Below, one piece after another: positions 13,816 through 28,189 of a DNA stretch of 62,882 nt (within the stretch, counting starts at the first letter, position 1; every line of letters begins with the position of its first letter). A program made the position numbers and the translations under genes. Source of the DNA: Eledone cirrhosa (taxonomy: Eukaryota); the NCBI GenBank assembly GCA_964016885.1, contig CAXHJY010000960.1:1-62882 (forward strand), written 5' to 3'. The notes below the pieces were generated by a model, which saw only the letters and a program-made list of their open reading frames with translations, did not search any database and was not told the origin of the DNA.

Positions 13816-15057
13816 ATGGATGTGGTAGCGGCCAAGATAATCGCCTTGGTTGTCCTAACAGCATTGACCATGGTGGCTGGCCTACTACCGGTGAAACTGG
13901 CGAAATTCGTCGGCAAGACTTTGATTAAGATGGACGGAACAATACAGTATATTTTAAATGGATCGCGTTGTTTCTCCGGTGGTGTCTTCCTGGCCACATG
14001 TTTTCTACATCTTATACCCGAAACTCGTGATAAAGTGAAAGAAGTAATGAAATACCTTGGTTCCACCTCCCAGTACCCGGTAGCTGAACTACTCACCATG
14101 TCCGGCTTTTATGCTGTTTTGTTTGTCGAACAAATTATTCAGTTAGTCTACAGAAAAATCCGGAGCCAGTCGCGGAAGATGGTCGGTGGTGAAAATACTA
14201 ACCCACACACGCTACATAACCACCATCCAGGGGGCAGTCTTAATATGAATACCCCGATGGGAAACCTCAGTTCGACCCCTCTTGGAGGTTTTAGTGTCAG
14301 CGGAGGTCTGATGGGCAGTAGTGGCATGGGTAGTGGACTTTCAAGTATTCCTAACAACGGAACCAGTACCTGTGGTATCAGCGGAGGAGTGTTACCCCGA
14401 GAGATCTTACCCACCACTGAGGAACTCAGCTTAAATTCACTGTCCAACGAGGAATATGCAACAGGAACTGTGATAGAAGCCAACGTCGAAATACAAGATG
14501 GTGTGGCCGCCGAAGGGGAGTCTATTGATTCAATATCGATGCAGGAGTTTGAGTTAAAACGTGTTGTTGACGAACTGAAAAACCCCGATGCCGACCGACA
14601 TGTTTACATTCGTTCCATTATATTTATTATAGCTCTGTCTTTCCACGGAATTTTCGAGGGAATGACCCTCGGTTTGCAAAGTTTACAAAGTAATGTATGG
14701 ACCCTATGTTTTGCTATAGCTGTGCACAGATGTGTACTGGCATTTGGCATGGGATACCAGCTGACCAAAGAGAACGAAGGGCAAGGTATGGCATGTTTCT
14801 GTGTTGGTTGTTTTACTCTCATTCTTGGAATTGGTATAATCACAGGAATTTCTATATCATCAAGCACAAAACTATACAGCCACGTGAACGTACCCGATGC
14901 CATTCTGCAAAGTGTGGCGACTGGGACAATATTTTACATCATATTCTTTGATATACTTTTTAAAGACTTACAGGGCCATGACGACTTAAGAAGGGTCTCT
15001 TGCACATTTGTCGGTTTCTGTATGATGGCTGTTATATTCGCCATATCACGGTCATGA
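13816..15057 (+). CDS. ZIP-family (SLC39A subfamily II, ZIP1/2/3-like) zinc/metal transporter, single coding exon, about 413 aa
   Basis: Frame open 13687-15057; first in-frame ATG at 13816 in GCCATGG context. ZIP motifs: CFSGGVFLATCFLHLIPE (TM2), YPVAELLTMSGFYAVLFVEQ (TM3), His-containing loop (HTLHNHH), ALSFHGIFEGMTLG (TM4), AIAVHRCVLAF (TM5), LQSVATGTIFYIIFFDIL. An upstream exon cannot be excluded. Confidence 0.92.
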   Translation: MDVVAAKIIALVVLTALTMVAGLLPVKLAKFVGKTLIKMDGTIQYILNGSRCFSGGVFLATCFLHLIPETRDKVKEVMKYLGSTSQYPVAELLTMSGFYAVLFVEQIIQLVYRKIRSQSRKMVGGENTNPHTLHNHHPGGSLNMNTPMGNLSSTPLGGFSVSGGLMGSSGMGSGLSSIPNNGTSTCGISGGVLPREILPTTEELSLNSLSNEEYATGTVIEANVEIQDGVAAEGESIDSISMQEFELKRVVDELKNPDADRHVYIRSIIFIIALSFHGIFEGMTLGLQSLQSNVWTLCFAIAVHRCVLAFGMGYQLTKENEGQGMACFCVGCFTLILGIGIITGISISSSTKLYSHVNVPDAILQSVATGTIFYIIFFDILFKDLQGHDDLRRVSCTFVGFCMMAVIFAISRS

Positions 15058-15554
15058 AAAAGGGTTTAACAGGACTCACTCTTTGCGTGTGTGTGTGTAT
15101 ATATATGTATATGTATATATAAGTGACCGTATGTGTGATTGTGCATGTGTGTATATTTATGTATGTGTGTATGTATGTATGTGTGTATGTATGTGTGTAT
15201 GTATGTATGTGTGTATATGCATGTATGTATGTATGTGTGTATGTATGACCATATGCAACTACAAATTGAACAGGTGAAATAACATTAAAGGGACAAAAAC
15301 AAAACTAAGACTAAGCGATGTATATCCCTTTCAAATGAGAGAAAACTGTTCCTTTTAAACAAGGCTGTTATGTAAATAGAATTATTACAATTATCATTAT
15401 TATCATTATTAATTTTATTATATTATGTTAATTATAATTATTGCATTTATTATTATTAATATTAATATTTTTTATCATTATTTTTTTTTCCTTTTTGTTA
15501 ATATTCATACATAAGAATTCTATTCTATAAATTCAAAAAAAACATACATACCTA

Positions 15555-15586
<32 letters not shown>

Positions 15587-15594
15587 CATACATA

Positions 15595-15654
<60 letters not shown>

Positions 15655-15774
15655 TTGTCGGAATAATAAAAGAAAAAAAATTCATTCCAATATATCAAAA
15701 TCTTATAGACTTTATTTTTTATTAAATATTATTTAGATGTGTGTGTATGTATTTCTGTGTGTGTGTGTCTCTGT

Positions 15775-15845
<71 letters not shown>

Positions 15846-16127
15846 TACAGACCAATCATGATATTGGTCACTTTGTATTGATTCTTATAAGATATTTATC
15901 TACATGTAATAATGTCGTGGCTTACTTTTATTAATTTATACGAGAGATATATGACTGAAATGTTGAATTCCGTTACTTCCCAAGGAAACAACACGTGTGT
16001 CTTTTCTCTTTCAGGCCTACTTTTAATATTCGTATTGCTTCTATTATTCTCACCATATAATCTGATTATATACATTGCTTTCATTGTTATTGTTATAATT
16101 ATTATGATTATTATTACTTTGATATCC

Positions 16128-16250
16128 TTTTACGATCTGAGTTCAAATCCCGCCGAGGTTGACTTTGCCTTTCATCCTTACGGGGGTCGATAAAATAAAG
16201 TACCAGTAATGTACTGAGTAATTGCTGGCCTTGTGCCTAAAGTAGAAACA
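16128..16250 (+). mobile_element. Same SINE, 5'-truncated
   Basis: TSD attattactttgatatcc at 16110-16127 and 16251-16268. Confidence 0.85.
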
Positions 16251-16578
16251 ATTATTACTTTGATATCCGAGTCATTGTTGTTATTTAACCGGAAAATGTG
16301 CCCTAATGAACATCAAGCCACTACCTGCAGCCTCAGATATTCAGGACGTATCGGAGGGTCCTTGCTGTTCCCAGCAAGCATGCCTTCTGGAGCGTTCCAA
16401 AAAAAGGAGGCTGGGCTAATGATCTTTAAAAAGCCTTGGAAGCCCTCTTCGAGATAGTACCTAGAGACCCTATAACCATGGAGACGGCCTTGATCTCACG
16501 ACAACCCCCAAATCATTCTCTGTTCCCACTTTAAATCCTGGCATCGGTTAATTTTCTCCTCCTTTTCTTCCACACATG

Positions 16579-16620
<42 letters not shown>

Positions 16621-16631
16621 GATATTATTGA

Positions 16632-16716
<85 letters not shown>

Positions 16717-16987
16717 CAGTAGTACTATATTTATTGATTGCTGTCATTGCATTGGTGAGCGCAGTTACGTGTGCCTTGGATGTGTGCAGTGTTTTGCTTG
16801 GGGGGGGGGGATTTGTTCGTGTATTGACAATACTCCACATAATATACGTGCAATTCCTAGTATTGTTATTTTCTGTATGGTGTGTATATATCTGTAAGTT
16901 CTGTGGTGTTCTACACACGTGTACAGTGGCTAATAGTTCCACTTTCTGCATGTTATGCTTATATCTGTAAATCTTGTGGTTCTCTCT

Positions 16988-17024
<37 letters not shown>

Positions 17025-17025
17025 T

Positions 17026-17126
<101 letters not shown>

Positions 17127-17156
17127 TATATTAATTATATATATATATATATATTG

Positions 17157-17760
17157 TGGCTGCCAACTCGTTTTCGAGTACGGCCACTACTTTATATCCA
17201 TGTAGGAGAACCCTTACCGATGCGCTAAAACAAGTGTGACTTTTTAGTCCAGCCAGAGACTTGAAAACTCTGGTACAAACACTACACCTTTGACAATTAT
17301 TGACACATAGTGCTGGGCCCATGGTACCATGTGACGACAAGTGCAGAGAGATCTCCAGATATAAAGCAATGCCTGTGCCGTGAAGCTTTTATAGTGAGCA
17401 AAGGCACTGCACAAAGCCAGTCCCACTCTCTTAACCAAGATGATATTTACCAAAAAGAAGAACATGTCAACATCATTGGATACCATCAGGGTTGCAGGTG
17501 TTATATCAGAGTTTTCCTTCTCCTAGAATTCTGCCTTGAGAAAGGCTAAGGGGTCATCTCTCCCGGTGATTTTGGATGGCCATTGACTCTTAAGAGCTCC
17601 TTTGCCCTTTGACAGGTTTTGTTTTTAGTCCTGTAGGATGTCCAAAGTCACCCTCCTCACCAAGAAACCTTGGTGGGGTTGTCAGTTTAGTCGCCAACGA
17701 CCCGACCATGAGATTGGTTGTACTGGGATACATGTTACCAGTAGCACCAACTGGTGACGA
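17157..17760 (-). mobile_element. Second copy of the non-autonomous RTE-derived element
   Basis: Reverse complement of 28190-28765 with a few substitutions; extra 5' hairpin gtcaccagt-tggtgct-actggtaac next to (CATA)n. Confidence 0.8.
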
Positions 17761-17762
17761 CA

Positions 17763-17888
<126 letters not shown>

Positions 17889-17897
17889 CATACATAT

Positions 17898-17950
<53 letters not shown>

Positions 17951-17955
17951 CATAT

Positions 17956-18258
<303 letters not shown>

Positions 18259-18274
18259 TAATTATATATATACA

Positions 18275-18341
<67 letters not shown>

Positions 18342-18362
18342 TACATATATATATATATAAAG

Positions 18363-18414
<52 letters not shown>

Positions 18415-18934
18415 TGCATGGAAAGACCAATTAAAATATTGTTTCCTATGTCTGATTTGACGAGTTCCACCCCTACACTTTAAACTCAGGTCTGGGATCC
18501 TCTTCATCGATTCCGCTGCCCCTACAACTCCCCCGGGAGGTACAGGACCATGGGAACATACATACATTTGTCTGTATATTGTGACTATATTGGTTCTTCT
18601 ATATTTTACCAGTGCTGCTCAACGGGTTAAGGCCATGCTAGGGCACCCGTTTATGGCTTTAAGCTCCACTTTCTGGTTACCCCTATTTTCAGATCTTCAC
18701 ACTTTGATAATCCCCACCACACCCATTCATTCAGAGATACATAATTGTCTGACAGGGGACTGATATTTCGATCAGGGTCATTCACTTTGTCGATGGCCCT
18801 CGACAGTATCGTCGTTTACTAAAGTGACATACCAGTTATGTACTAAGGAGTGTACAATCGACAAAAACCCCGTTCCCCATACAGTTGTGGTTCTCTGTCG
18901 ATGTAGGATCAATTACCACCACAACCATCAACAT

Positions 18935-18966
<32 letters not shown>

Positions 18967-19199
18967 CCACCACCATCATCACCACCATCATCATCATCAG
19001 CAGCAGCAGCAGCTGTAACAACGCCGTCCCTTTAAATTCTGTTTTCAAATATCATTGAGGTTCATGTCCCCCTTTCATCTCCCACCCGAAGGTCGATAAA
19101 ACAGGTTCCAGTCAACTTCTCGAAATCAATAAAATCGATTGTATCCTTTTCTTTCGGCGCAAATACAACAAATATTTGTCACTTTGTGGTTATGAAAGA

Positions 19200-19558
19200 A
19201 ATCATCACCGCCATCACCACCATCACCACCATCACCACCATCATCACCATCATCACCACCATCATCACCATCATCACCATCATCACCACCATCATCACCA
19301 TCATCACCATCATCACCACCATCATCACCACCACCACCATCATCACCACCATCATCACCATCATCACCACCATCATCACCATCATCACCATCATCACCGC
19401 CATCACCACCATCATCACCATCATCACCACCATCATCACCATCATCACCATCATCACCACCATCATCATCATCAACGTCGTCGTCACTACCACCACCATC
19501 ATCATCATCATCATTTGTCGTCGTCATCACCATCATCATCACTACCACCACCACCATT

Positions 19559-19594
<36 letters not shown>

Positions 19595-19626
19595 GTCGTT
19601 GCCGTCGTCGTCGTCGTCGTCGTCGT
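19200..19626. repeat. (CAT/CAC)n compound trinucleotide repeat
   Basis: Direct reading. Confidence 0.92.
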
Positions 19627-19794
19627 CAATTCTTTTTTTTTTATTTTTTGACAGCTGAGTGGACTGGAGCAATGTGAAATAAAGCGTAGTTGCTGAAAGA
19701 CACAAAGCGTCACCCGGTCCGGGAATCGAACTCATGATATTAGCAGACATTACAAACCAAATTACATCTTTGCACATCAGTATGCAGAAGTGTA

Positions 19795-20230
19795 TTCTGA
19801 TGTCTAACATTGTGACACTTTAAGCCATCCATAGAACTATAAGTATTCTTACATGTCTTGAATCTTACGCAATCTTTTGTCACGAACTTTCTATAGTCAC
19901 GGTAGCCAACCTATTGTCTGACCTCATGACTTCGTTTGTGACTAATAAAACCAGCTTTGAAAACACATATACAAGCAGAAGTCTTGCAGATCAAGACAAC
20001 CTTATTTTCTACATAAATTATGCCATGTTCTGCAGCTCAATTAAATTCTCTATCAAAAATGCGTGACTTTTAAAAAACATTCTCGCCGTTCATTATCCAA
20101 TGTTTTCATTAGTGGCGATCAAACCCATGTCGTTCGCAGTTGACCTCACTTATTTCAAATGATTTCAAAGGGGACTTCACACAAGCGTAACTCTCGTGGT
20201 TAGTGCTGGGGGCACTTTTCTCATATAGCC
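19795..20230 (-). pseudogene. Highly decayed RTE-like 3' fragment
   Basis: Minus-strand pieces read ...CVFKAGFISHKRSH and TCKNTYSSMDGLKCHNVRH (degenerate C2H2 fingers), with stops and frameshifts. Confidence 0.35.
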
Positions 20231-20454
20231 TTCCATTAACCCCTAGTACATCTGTAGTCATGTGAGAATATCTATTTAAGAACTTCTTTCTATCATCTTA
20301 ATATATATATATGTATTTATATATATGTATATATATATATATAAATATGAGAAAAATGGAGCGCTGCGTGGTTGCACATGGGTTACATATGAATAAAATT
20401 AGTCCTTCATCAGTGATCTTCCAATTTTCATTGGTATTTCATCGCTTTCATATT

Positions 20455-20556
<102 letters not shown>

Positions 20557-20573
20557 TAGGATGATTCTTAACA

Positions 20574-21489
20574 GGATGATTCTTAACAGGATCCATCCTG
20601 AGATGGAGAAGAAGCTCAGGGACAACCAGAACGGCTTCAGAGAGGATAGATCAACCACCAGTCACATCCTGATGCTGAGGAGGATATTAGAGGGAGCTAG
20701 AGCAAAGTGCCTTCCTGCGGTCATGGTTTTCATTGACTTTAGGAAGGCCTTTGATTCTGTGGACCGTTACTGCCTGATGAAGATCTTACAGGCTTATGGA
20801 ATCCCCAAGAGGATAGTGGACCTGATATCACTGCTCTACACCAACACCAAAGCCCAAGTCATTACACCTGATGGGATGACAGAGTTCTTTGAGATACTGG
20901 CTGGAGTGCTCCAGGGAGATACATTGGCTCCCTACCTTTTTATCATCGTAGTGGACTATTGTATGTGGTTGAGAGGAAGAGCAAGGCCTGGGCGGCGTGC
21001 CACAGCTTGAGATCGGTGTGGAAGTCGGACCTTCGTAGAGACCTGAAAGTCCGCTTCTTCATTGCTGTAGTGGAGTCTGTGCTGCTGTATGGGTCTGAGA
21101 CTTGGACACTGACCAAGAAACTCACTCAGATGGTGGATGGGTGCTACACGAGAATGCTGAGGATGGCTCTGAACATTAATCAGTATACACTGAGGATGAA
21201 AAACTCAGAGCTGTATGGGAGCATCCCAAAGGTCAGCTCAAAAGTGACACAGAGGAGACTGAGGTTGGCTGGACATGCTCACCGGCATCCAGAGTTGACA
21301 TTGCACTCAGTGCTCCTTTGGGAGCCCCTACATGGACACACTAGAAGAGGAAGACCAAGGTTAACATATGTTGATGCCCTAAGGACAGACACTGGTCTGT
21401 TGGAGATGCAGGATATGGCAGCGATAATGAGGGACAGAGACCGCTGGAGAGAACTCGTCCATGGATCTCGGGAATTTTACCCGCCTTAG
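20574..21489 (+). mobile_element. RTE-clade LINE fragment, 5'-truncated and internally deleted
   Basis: QNGFR..RST, FIDFRKAFDSV, GVLQGDTLAPYLF (RT), then a jump at about 20966 to VESVLLYGSETWTLT...RLRLAGH...RRGRP...DRDRWR (RTE C-terminus); YADD region missing. Confidence 0.9.
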
Positions 21490-21520
21490 ATAGATATATA
21501 TATATATATATATATATATT

Positions 21521-21804
21521 GAAAATTAGAATTGATGCTCTGAAATAGCGATATATATATGAATGTATATATAGTGCATTTTGCAATACACTGTATGCTT
21601 AATTAAAAGCATTTCGAAGACCTTACGCTATTGTTTTAGAGTAGTGACAGTCCTCACTTACTTTAAATTTTCAGCAAACAGTGTTTGCTGAAAATTTAAA
21701 GTAAGTGAGACTATCACTACTCTAAAACAATAGCGTAATGTCTACGAAATGCTTTTAATTAAGCAAGCATACAGTGTATTGCAAAATACACTATATATAC
21801 ATTC

Positions 21805-21810
<6 letters not shown>
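21521..21810. mobile_element. Family I palindromic element (arms about 21551-21810) with hammerhead 3' half
   Basis: Centre cagcaaac-agt-gtttgctg; GAAA-TGCTT..AAGCA-TA-CAGTG; no CUGANGA seen; (TA)n flanks. Confidence 0.65.
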
Positions 21811-21867
<57 letters not shown>

Positions 21868-21977
21868 AAAAGAGTGAGGGCCCCAACGGCTGAGCTGGGT
21901 CCGTTTTGACAGCTAGATCCGAAACTGATCTGAGTACTCTGGGGCGTTATGGTCCGCCTCGTTCCTTACCACACTTT

Positions 21978-22223
21978 CTGAAGTAATTTCTATTTGAGCG
22001 TGAAAGAGGTGGAGTTCCTCTTGAGGTCCCAGACATAGACGGCGAGTGTTGTTTGGTTGGATTTGTCCGGTCTTCTGAACGAGTGGGTATGGGCGTATCA
22101 CCAGGTCTTAAATGTGTTAGATGTCATTCTGATATATGTTTTGTTGTTGTTGTCATTAATGCCTGAGACGACATCACATTTATATACGATGTCCTTCATC
22201 AGGGATTTATTTTCCAGTGGACA
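21978..22223 (-). pseudogene. Penelope-like element GIY-YIG endonuclease fragment
   Basis: Manual translation: CPLENKSLMKDIVYKCDVVSGINDNNNKTYIRMTSNTFKTW*YAHTHSFRRPDKSNQTTLAVYVWDLKRNSTSFTLK*KLL. Fits the CPL..CL / IVY / YIG / FK.R...H..SF / YVW.LK pattern; two stops, so absent from the ORF track. Confidence 0.8.
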
Positions 22224-22520
22224 CAAGGCTCCCGTCCATCACAAAGTTAACCCCCACCTACAGCTGGTATTCATTTCTTACAACGCAAGATTACATGTTT
22301 TGTTCAAGAACATAATGTAAAGTTACGACAGGGTTCAAGAATCGAACCCACTTTAAACACATCATCTCTTAATGATCAGACCACGTGCTTCTCACACATT
22401 GTTGTGATAGAGTGCATATATCGATTTCTACTGTTTTGTAGTGTAATATTGAGGAAACATCTCTTTCTCACTCTCTCGCACCCACACTCTCTCTCTCTCT
22501 CTGTCCCTTTCTCACCCTCC

Positions 22521-22560
<40 letters not shown>

Positions 22561-22771
22561 ACCATGACTATTGTGTCTAAAGATAGTCTCGTCCTTATCT
22601 TTCCACCATATAAACACACTGTAGCCCACTGAGGTACAATGTAAGCCTTAATACATCTGTATTCATGTGTGAGAATATATGTATATATAAAATATGATAT
22701 ATGTGGGTATATATACATATGTATTAATATATGCATAAATACGTATCTATTTATATGCGTATATATATATG

Positions 22772-22805
<34 letters not shown>

Positions 22806-22807
22806 TG

Positions 22808-22963
<156 letters not shown>

Positions 22964-23110
22964 TATATATATACATATATATATATGTGAGCATGCATCT
23001 AGCGATTGGTCTATCTATCTGTCTAATTATAAATAAATAAATATATATATGCCGTTTCGACAACTAGATCCGAACTAACCTTTAAATATATATATATATA
23101 TATATATATA

Positions 23111-23296
23111 GCGAGGGAAAAGTGGTAAGGAACCAGGTGGACCATAACGCACCAAAGTACTCAATACTTAGGGTAGTAGAGTGGGTAATAGGAAAAAAGT
23201 ATAACCCCGACGGCAGAGCTCAAGCCGTTTCGACAGCTATTTCTGGAAATAACCGTCGAAACGGCTTGAGCTCTGCCGTCGAGGTTATACTTTTTC

Positions 23297-23300
<4 letters not shown>
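23111..23300 (-). mobile_element. Family A element: tail plus palindrome (23188-23300), in (TA)n
   Basis: Same layout as 2015-2209 on the opposite strand. Confidence 0.75.
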
Positions 23301-23358
<58 letters not shown>

Positions 23359-23664
23359 CATATATTTCTCTATGTTTCAATTTACGTTGTTGCAATATTG
23401 CCTTTTGTCCTCGAGGAGTTAATGAATAGAATAGAGTTTTATTTTATCGATTAGCATCAATATGCAAGGGTGGTTTGTCTAGTGAAACCAAATTAAGTCT
23501 ATTTTGTCACATAGAAAAGTTTTTTTTACTCTTTGGCGTCGACGGAAAAATATGTCAATGTATTGATAATTTTAATTGATATGAGAAATATGTCATTGAT
23601 TTTGATTTTTATTTCGTTGTTATCGTGTTTGGCTGCTAGTCTTCATGTCGACCTTCACCGACCA

Positions 23665-23679
23665 TATATATACACATAT

Positions 23680-23713
<34 letters not shown>

Positions 23714-23919
23714 TTGTATCTCTCTCCCTCCCTCTCTCTCTCTCTCCATCTCTCTCTTTATATATATATATATATATATATGTATACATATATATATACA
23801 CATACGCCCACACATTTATATATCCGTATATATATATATATATATATACGCACAAATATACATATATACATATATATTATATCTATCTATCTATCTATCT
23901 AGGGCGGGTAAATATTATA

Positions 23920-23971
<52 letters not shown>

Positions 23972-24012
23972 ATCTCTCTCCCTCCCCCTCTCTCTCTCTC
24001 CATCTCTCTCTT

Positions 24013-24043
<31 letters not shown>

Positions 24044-24175
24044 ACATATATATATACACATACGCCCACACATTTATATATCCGTATATATATATATATA
24101 TATACGCACAAATATACATATATACATATATATTATATCTATCTATCTATCTATCTAGGGCGGGTAAATATTATA

Positions 24176-24215
<40 letters not shown>

Positions 24216-24310
24216 ATCTCTCTCCCTCCCCCTCTCTCCATCTCTCTCTTTATATATATATATATGTATACATATATATACACATACGCCCACACATATA
24301 TATATATCCG

Positions 24311-24340
<30 letters not shown>
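23665..24340. repeat. Tandem duplication of a compound-microsatellite block (about 2.5 copies of about 260 bp)
   Basis: tttgtatctctctcc and catacgcccacaca each recur three times, ctagggcgggtaaatatt twice. Confidence 0.75.
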
Positions 24341-24344
<4 letters not shown>

Positions 24345-24749
24345 CACTGCACGTACGCGCCTTGTACATACAAACAACCGTGTTTTTTTCTCTTATCAAA
24401 TCACAATCTCCTATTAGTCTTTGTTTATCCAATTAGTTAGTTCATATTCTTGCAATATTTGCATCCGATCTAGTGCCCAGTCAATATATACACACCTAGC
24501 AAGTTTATCTGGTAAATATATTCAACATATAATTACTCCAGACAATATTCCTTCACACATTATTTATCGACACTATGGGAACTCCAACACGTTGTAAAGA
24601 GTTACTCAATAATTCTTAATTGGTCTTTCGTCGTATATATAGTCTCTATATTGTCTGTATATACTGTCTGTATATATTATGTATATAGTCTGTATATAGT
24701 CTGTATATTGGCTGTCTATAGTATATATAGAGTCTCTCCATATTTCTTT

Positions 24750-25211
24750 TCAATGGCTGACAATACCTTACCGGCGCCACTCGAATAAGGTAGTTATTTA
24801 ACCCATAAATGGAGCCCTAACAGGTACTACTGCTCCAGGCCAGGGCAGACCTGGGAGTTATGACGACTAAGGGGTAACTCCACATTCCCCACAGCTCCTG
24901 AACTCCCGAACTGGAGCCTTGCCACTGGATCTAGTTTAATGTCATACCCAAAAGTCAGCTCAAAAGTGACACAGAGGAGAATGGGGTTAGCTGGACATGC
25001 TCACCGACATCCAGAGTTGACATTACACCCAGTGGTCCTGTGGGAGCCCCTATATGGACACACTGGAAGAGGAAGACCAAGGTTAACGTATGTTCATGCC
25101 CTAAGGACAGACACTGGTCTGTTGGAGGCGCAGGACATGGCAGCGATAATGAGGGACAGAGACCGCTGGAGAGAACTCGTCCATGGATCTCAGGAATTTT
25201 ACCCGCCCTAG
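24750..25211. mobile_element. RTE 3' end (24945-25211, +) joined to an apparently inverted RTE-like 5' region (about 24750-24948, -)
   Basis: 24945-25211 is near-identical to 21225-21489. The upstream part read on minus (gggtatgacattaaac...gtagtacctgttagggctccatttatggg) resembles RTE 5' UTR sequences as recalled, not searched. Confidence 0.65.
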
Positions 25212-26835
25212 AAAATAGTCTATATATAGTCTATATATATAGTCTATATATATAGTCTATATATAGTCTATATATATATAGTCTATATATATAGTCTATA
25301 TATACTCTGAGTATACTCTGTATATATTGTTTGTATACACTGTCTGTTTATATTATGTATATAACCTGTATATAGTCTGTATATTAGCTGTCTATAGTCT
25401 ACATATATATATGTAGTCTATATATATATACTATATATATACTATATATATATAGTCTATATATAGTCTATATATACTCTGTGTATATTTTGTATATATA
25501 TTGTCTATATATATACTGTCTTTTTATATTATGTATATACTCTCTATATATCCTCTATATTGGCTGCCTATAGTCAATATATAGTCTGTGTATATTGTCT
25601 ATATATAGTCTGTGTATATAGTCTATATACAGTCTGTATATACTCTGTATATAGTCTATATACAGTCTGTATATACTCTGTGTATAATCTGTATATACTC
25701 TGTATATAGTCTATATACAGTCTGTATATACTCTGTGTATAGTCTATATACAGTCTGTATATACTCTGTGTATAATCTGTATATACTCTGTATATAGTCT
25801 ATATACAGTCAATATATACTGTGTATATACCTTGTATATATGTTTTACTAAGTTGCTATTTACACTTCCGTCAGATTCTGAAGACCAGTTTTCCAGTTGT
25901 TTGATCAATGGAAGAGCCTAGCGTGTGAGTGTCTGAGCATTCCATACAGACACGTGCACCAATAACGTAATCCTCGTGCAGGTTCAGCGTGACACAATGT
26001 TTGTGTTTGTGACATGGCTAGCCCTTTGCAATGAGAGGTATAGTCCATCTGAGGGGCTTCCAAACAAGTTTCTTCTAACCAACTCCACTCACAGGATATT
26101 ACTGGTAAGAGTGTTGGTCTGACGATCATAATGTTGTGGGTTCGATCCCTGGGGTAAATTGTGTGTTGTGTTCTTCATTTCACGTTGCTGCAGTATACTA
26201 AGCTAAAAATGTGTACCAGCAATAGCTGAGGGTTTAAACTTGTGATGGATTGATGTCCTATCCAATGGGGAGCCTTGTACTCTCTGTCGCCTCACGCCAC
26301 GGAAACGGGATAAGCAACGGCCTGGTGAGCCTCCGGGCTCAAGAGACTTTAGACTTTTTAGACATGGGGATCAACTCCCGCTATTGTAAATGACACTTGG
26401 TCAAGATGCCACGCGGTTTGAATCTAACCGGGGACCTAATTTACTGCGAAGCAAACTTCTTAATTTAACCATACTGCATTCAATCATAGATAGTCTAACC
26501 ATAAATCTACTCACGGGGTGGTTTTTAACCACTATTACAAATTATATCTTTTACGTTGACATTTTATAACCGGCGTCCATTAAGTTTGCTTTTAAATGCA
26601 CAATTTCTCTGGTCTGGTCGATATATAAACACATATATTTTCAGCAGACGACAGACATGTACAATTTGGATTAATCTAATTCACTGGAAAGATAATGATA
26701 TTTGCCAAACTGCTCAATTGTCGAATTTCTGTCCTTCCCATCTAAAATTTACAATTACAATATGTTTATAGCTGACATATTGAATGTGTGTCTTCACATT
26801 TACATGCTTCATCTGTATTTTCCGATATTTCATAT

Positions 26836-26903
<68 letters not shown>

Positions 26904-26941
26904 TCATGTATGTATAAGGTGCGTATGCATGTATATATATT

Positions 26942-27025
<84 letters not shown>

Positions 27026-27317
27026 TCTATATATATATATGTTATATATATGCATATATATAACAGACATACACATACGTATATATATATATATATATAT
27101 AGTGCAAATTTATACGGGAACAAAACAGAGAGGCAGACAAATAAATATATATATATACGTATGTCTGTTAGCATGTAGATATATTCATCTATGGACAAAC
27201 TAAATGTTGATTTCCCATTTAGATGTCCTCCAAATCACAAGATCCTTTAGCTCTTCAAACAGAATTGATAAAGGTACTCTCCACCGAGATTATTCCCTCA
27301 CATGTATCTTTTTTTGT

Positions 27318-27431
<114 letters not shown>

Positions 27432-27477
27432 CGTAAAATAAGAAAATTATAAAATTAACTTACTTACTAAAATATCA

Positions 27478-27557
27478 CTTCCAACTAATTAGTTTCTGGA
27501 ATGGAATAAATATATTTTCTGAAGAAAACATAGAGAATCATTCCGTCGTCAGGGAAG
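27478..27557 (-). ncRNA. Type I hammerhead motif, palindromic stem III ACTAATTAGT
   Basis: Minus: cttcc CTGACGA cggaatg...cattcca GAAA ctaattag T T ggaag. Confidence 0.78.
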
Positions 27558-27636
27558 ACTATACTAAGACAAAACCTATATATTTGCTAGCATTGATATG
27601 CATCTGTATGTATATATATGTTACTAGATATTAATT

Positions 27637-27701
<65 letters not shown>

Positions 27702-27869
27702 TCTAAATCAGCAAACTTCCAGATCTCATTCGTTTATTATCATCTGAAAGTCTGCCTGTTGCTGTATCGAGAAAATGTTATTTCGATACAATATATTTTA
27801 AACAAGTTTCTCGGTTATCAAAAATGTGTGTCTCTCAATGTTTGTATGTATGTATGTATGTATGTATGT

Positions 27870-28110
27870 TTTCTCTTTCTCTTAATTTCGAGTATATTTT
27901 TTTTGACCGGCCACCTTCCTGGTGGCAAGGTTGTAAAAGAAAAGAAATTGTCATCCCTTGAATCGCAAGAATGTTTTGCAAATTTTGAAGGTGCCAGCTA
28001 TCGCAGCCATTTGTAGACTATGAATTAGGGAGCTGCACTTTTTGTCCGCAAATCCAAGTTCAGTCATACTTTGGTCCAAGCGGGTTGGTATATAACCCGT
28101 AGCACCAATA
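27870..28110 (-). mobile_element. 3' fragment of an R4/Dong-like (restriction-like endonuclease) non-LTR element flanked by (CATA)n
   Basis: [21 protein letters not shown]...LIHSLQMAAIAGTFKICKTFL resembles the RLE C-terminus (IGALG.IP...LG...LQ..A..GT..I); (TATG)n at 27843-27868 and 28111-28190. Confidence 0.65.
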
Positions 28111-28189
28111 ATGTATGTATGTATGTATGTATGTATGTATGTATGTATGTATGTATGTATGTATGTATGTATGTATGTATGTATGTATG

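Noticed and set aside
13764-14951. Antisense and alternate-frame ORFs over the ZIP gene (likewise over the LINE)
   Set aside because: Shadow ORFs without recognisable motifs.
20343-20450. CTGATGA plus GAAA in the repeat shared with 44825-44930, as a hammerhead or SECIS element
   Set aside because: Motif order and pairing do not give the three hammerhead stems, and the helix is too weak for SECIS. It is a repeat family of unknown type.
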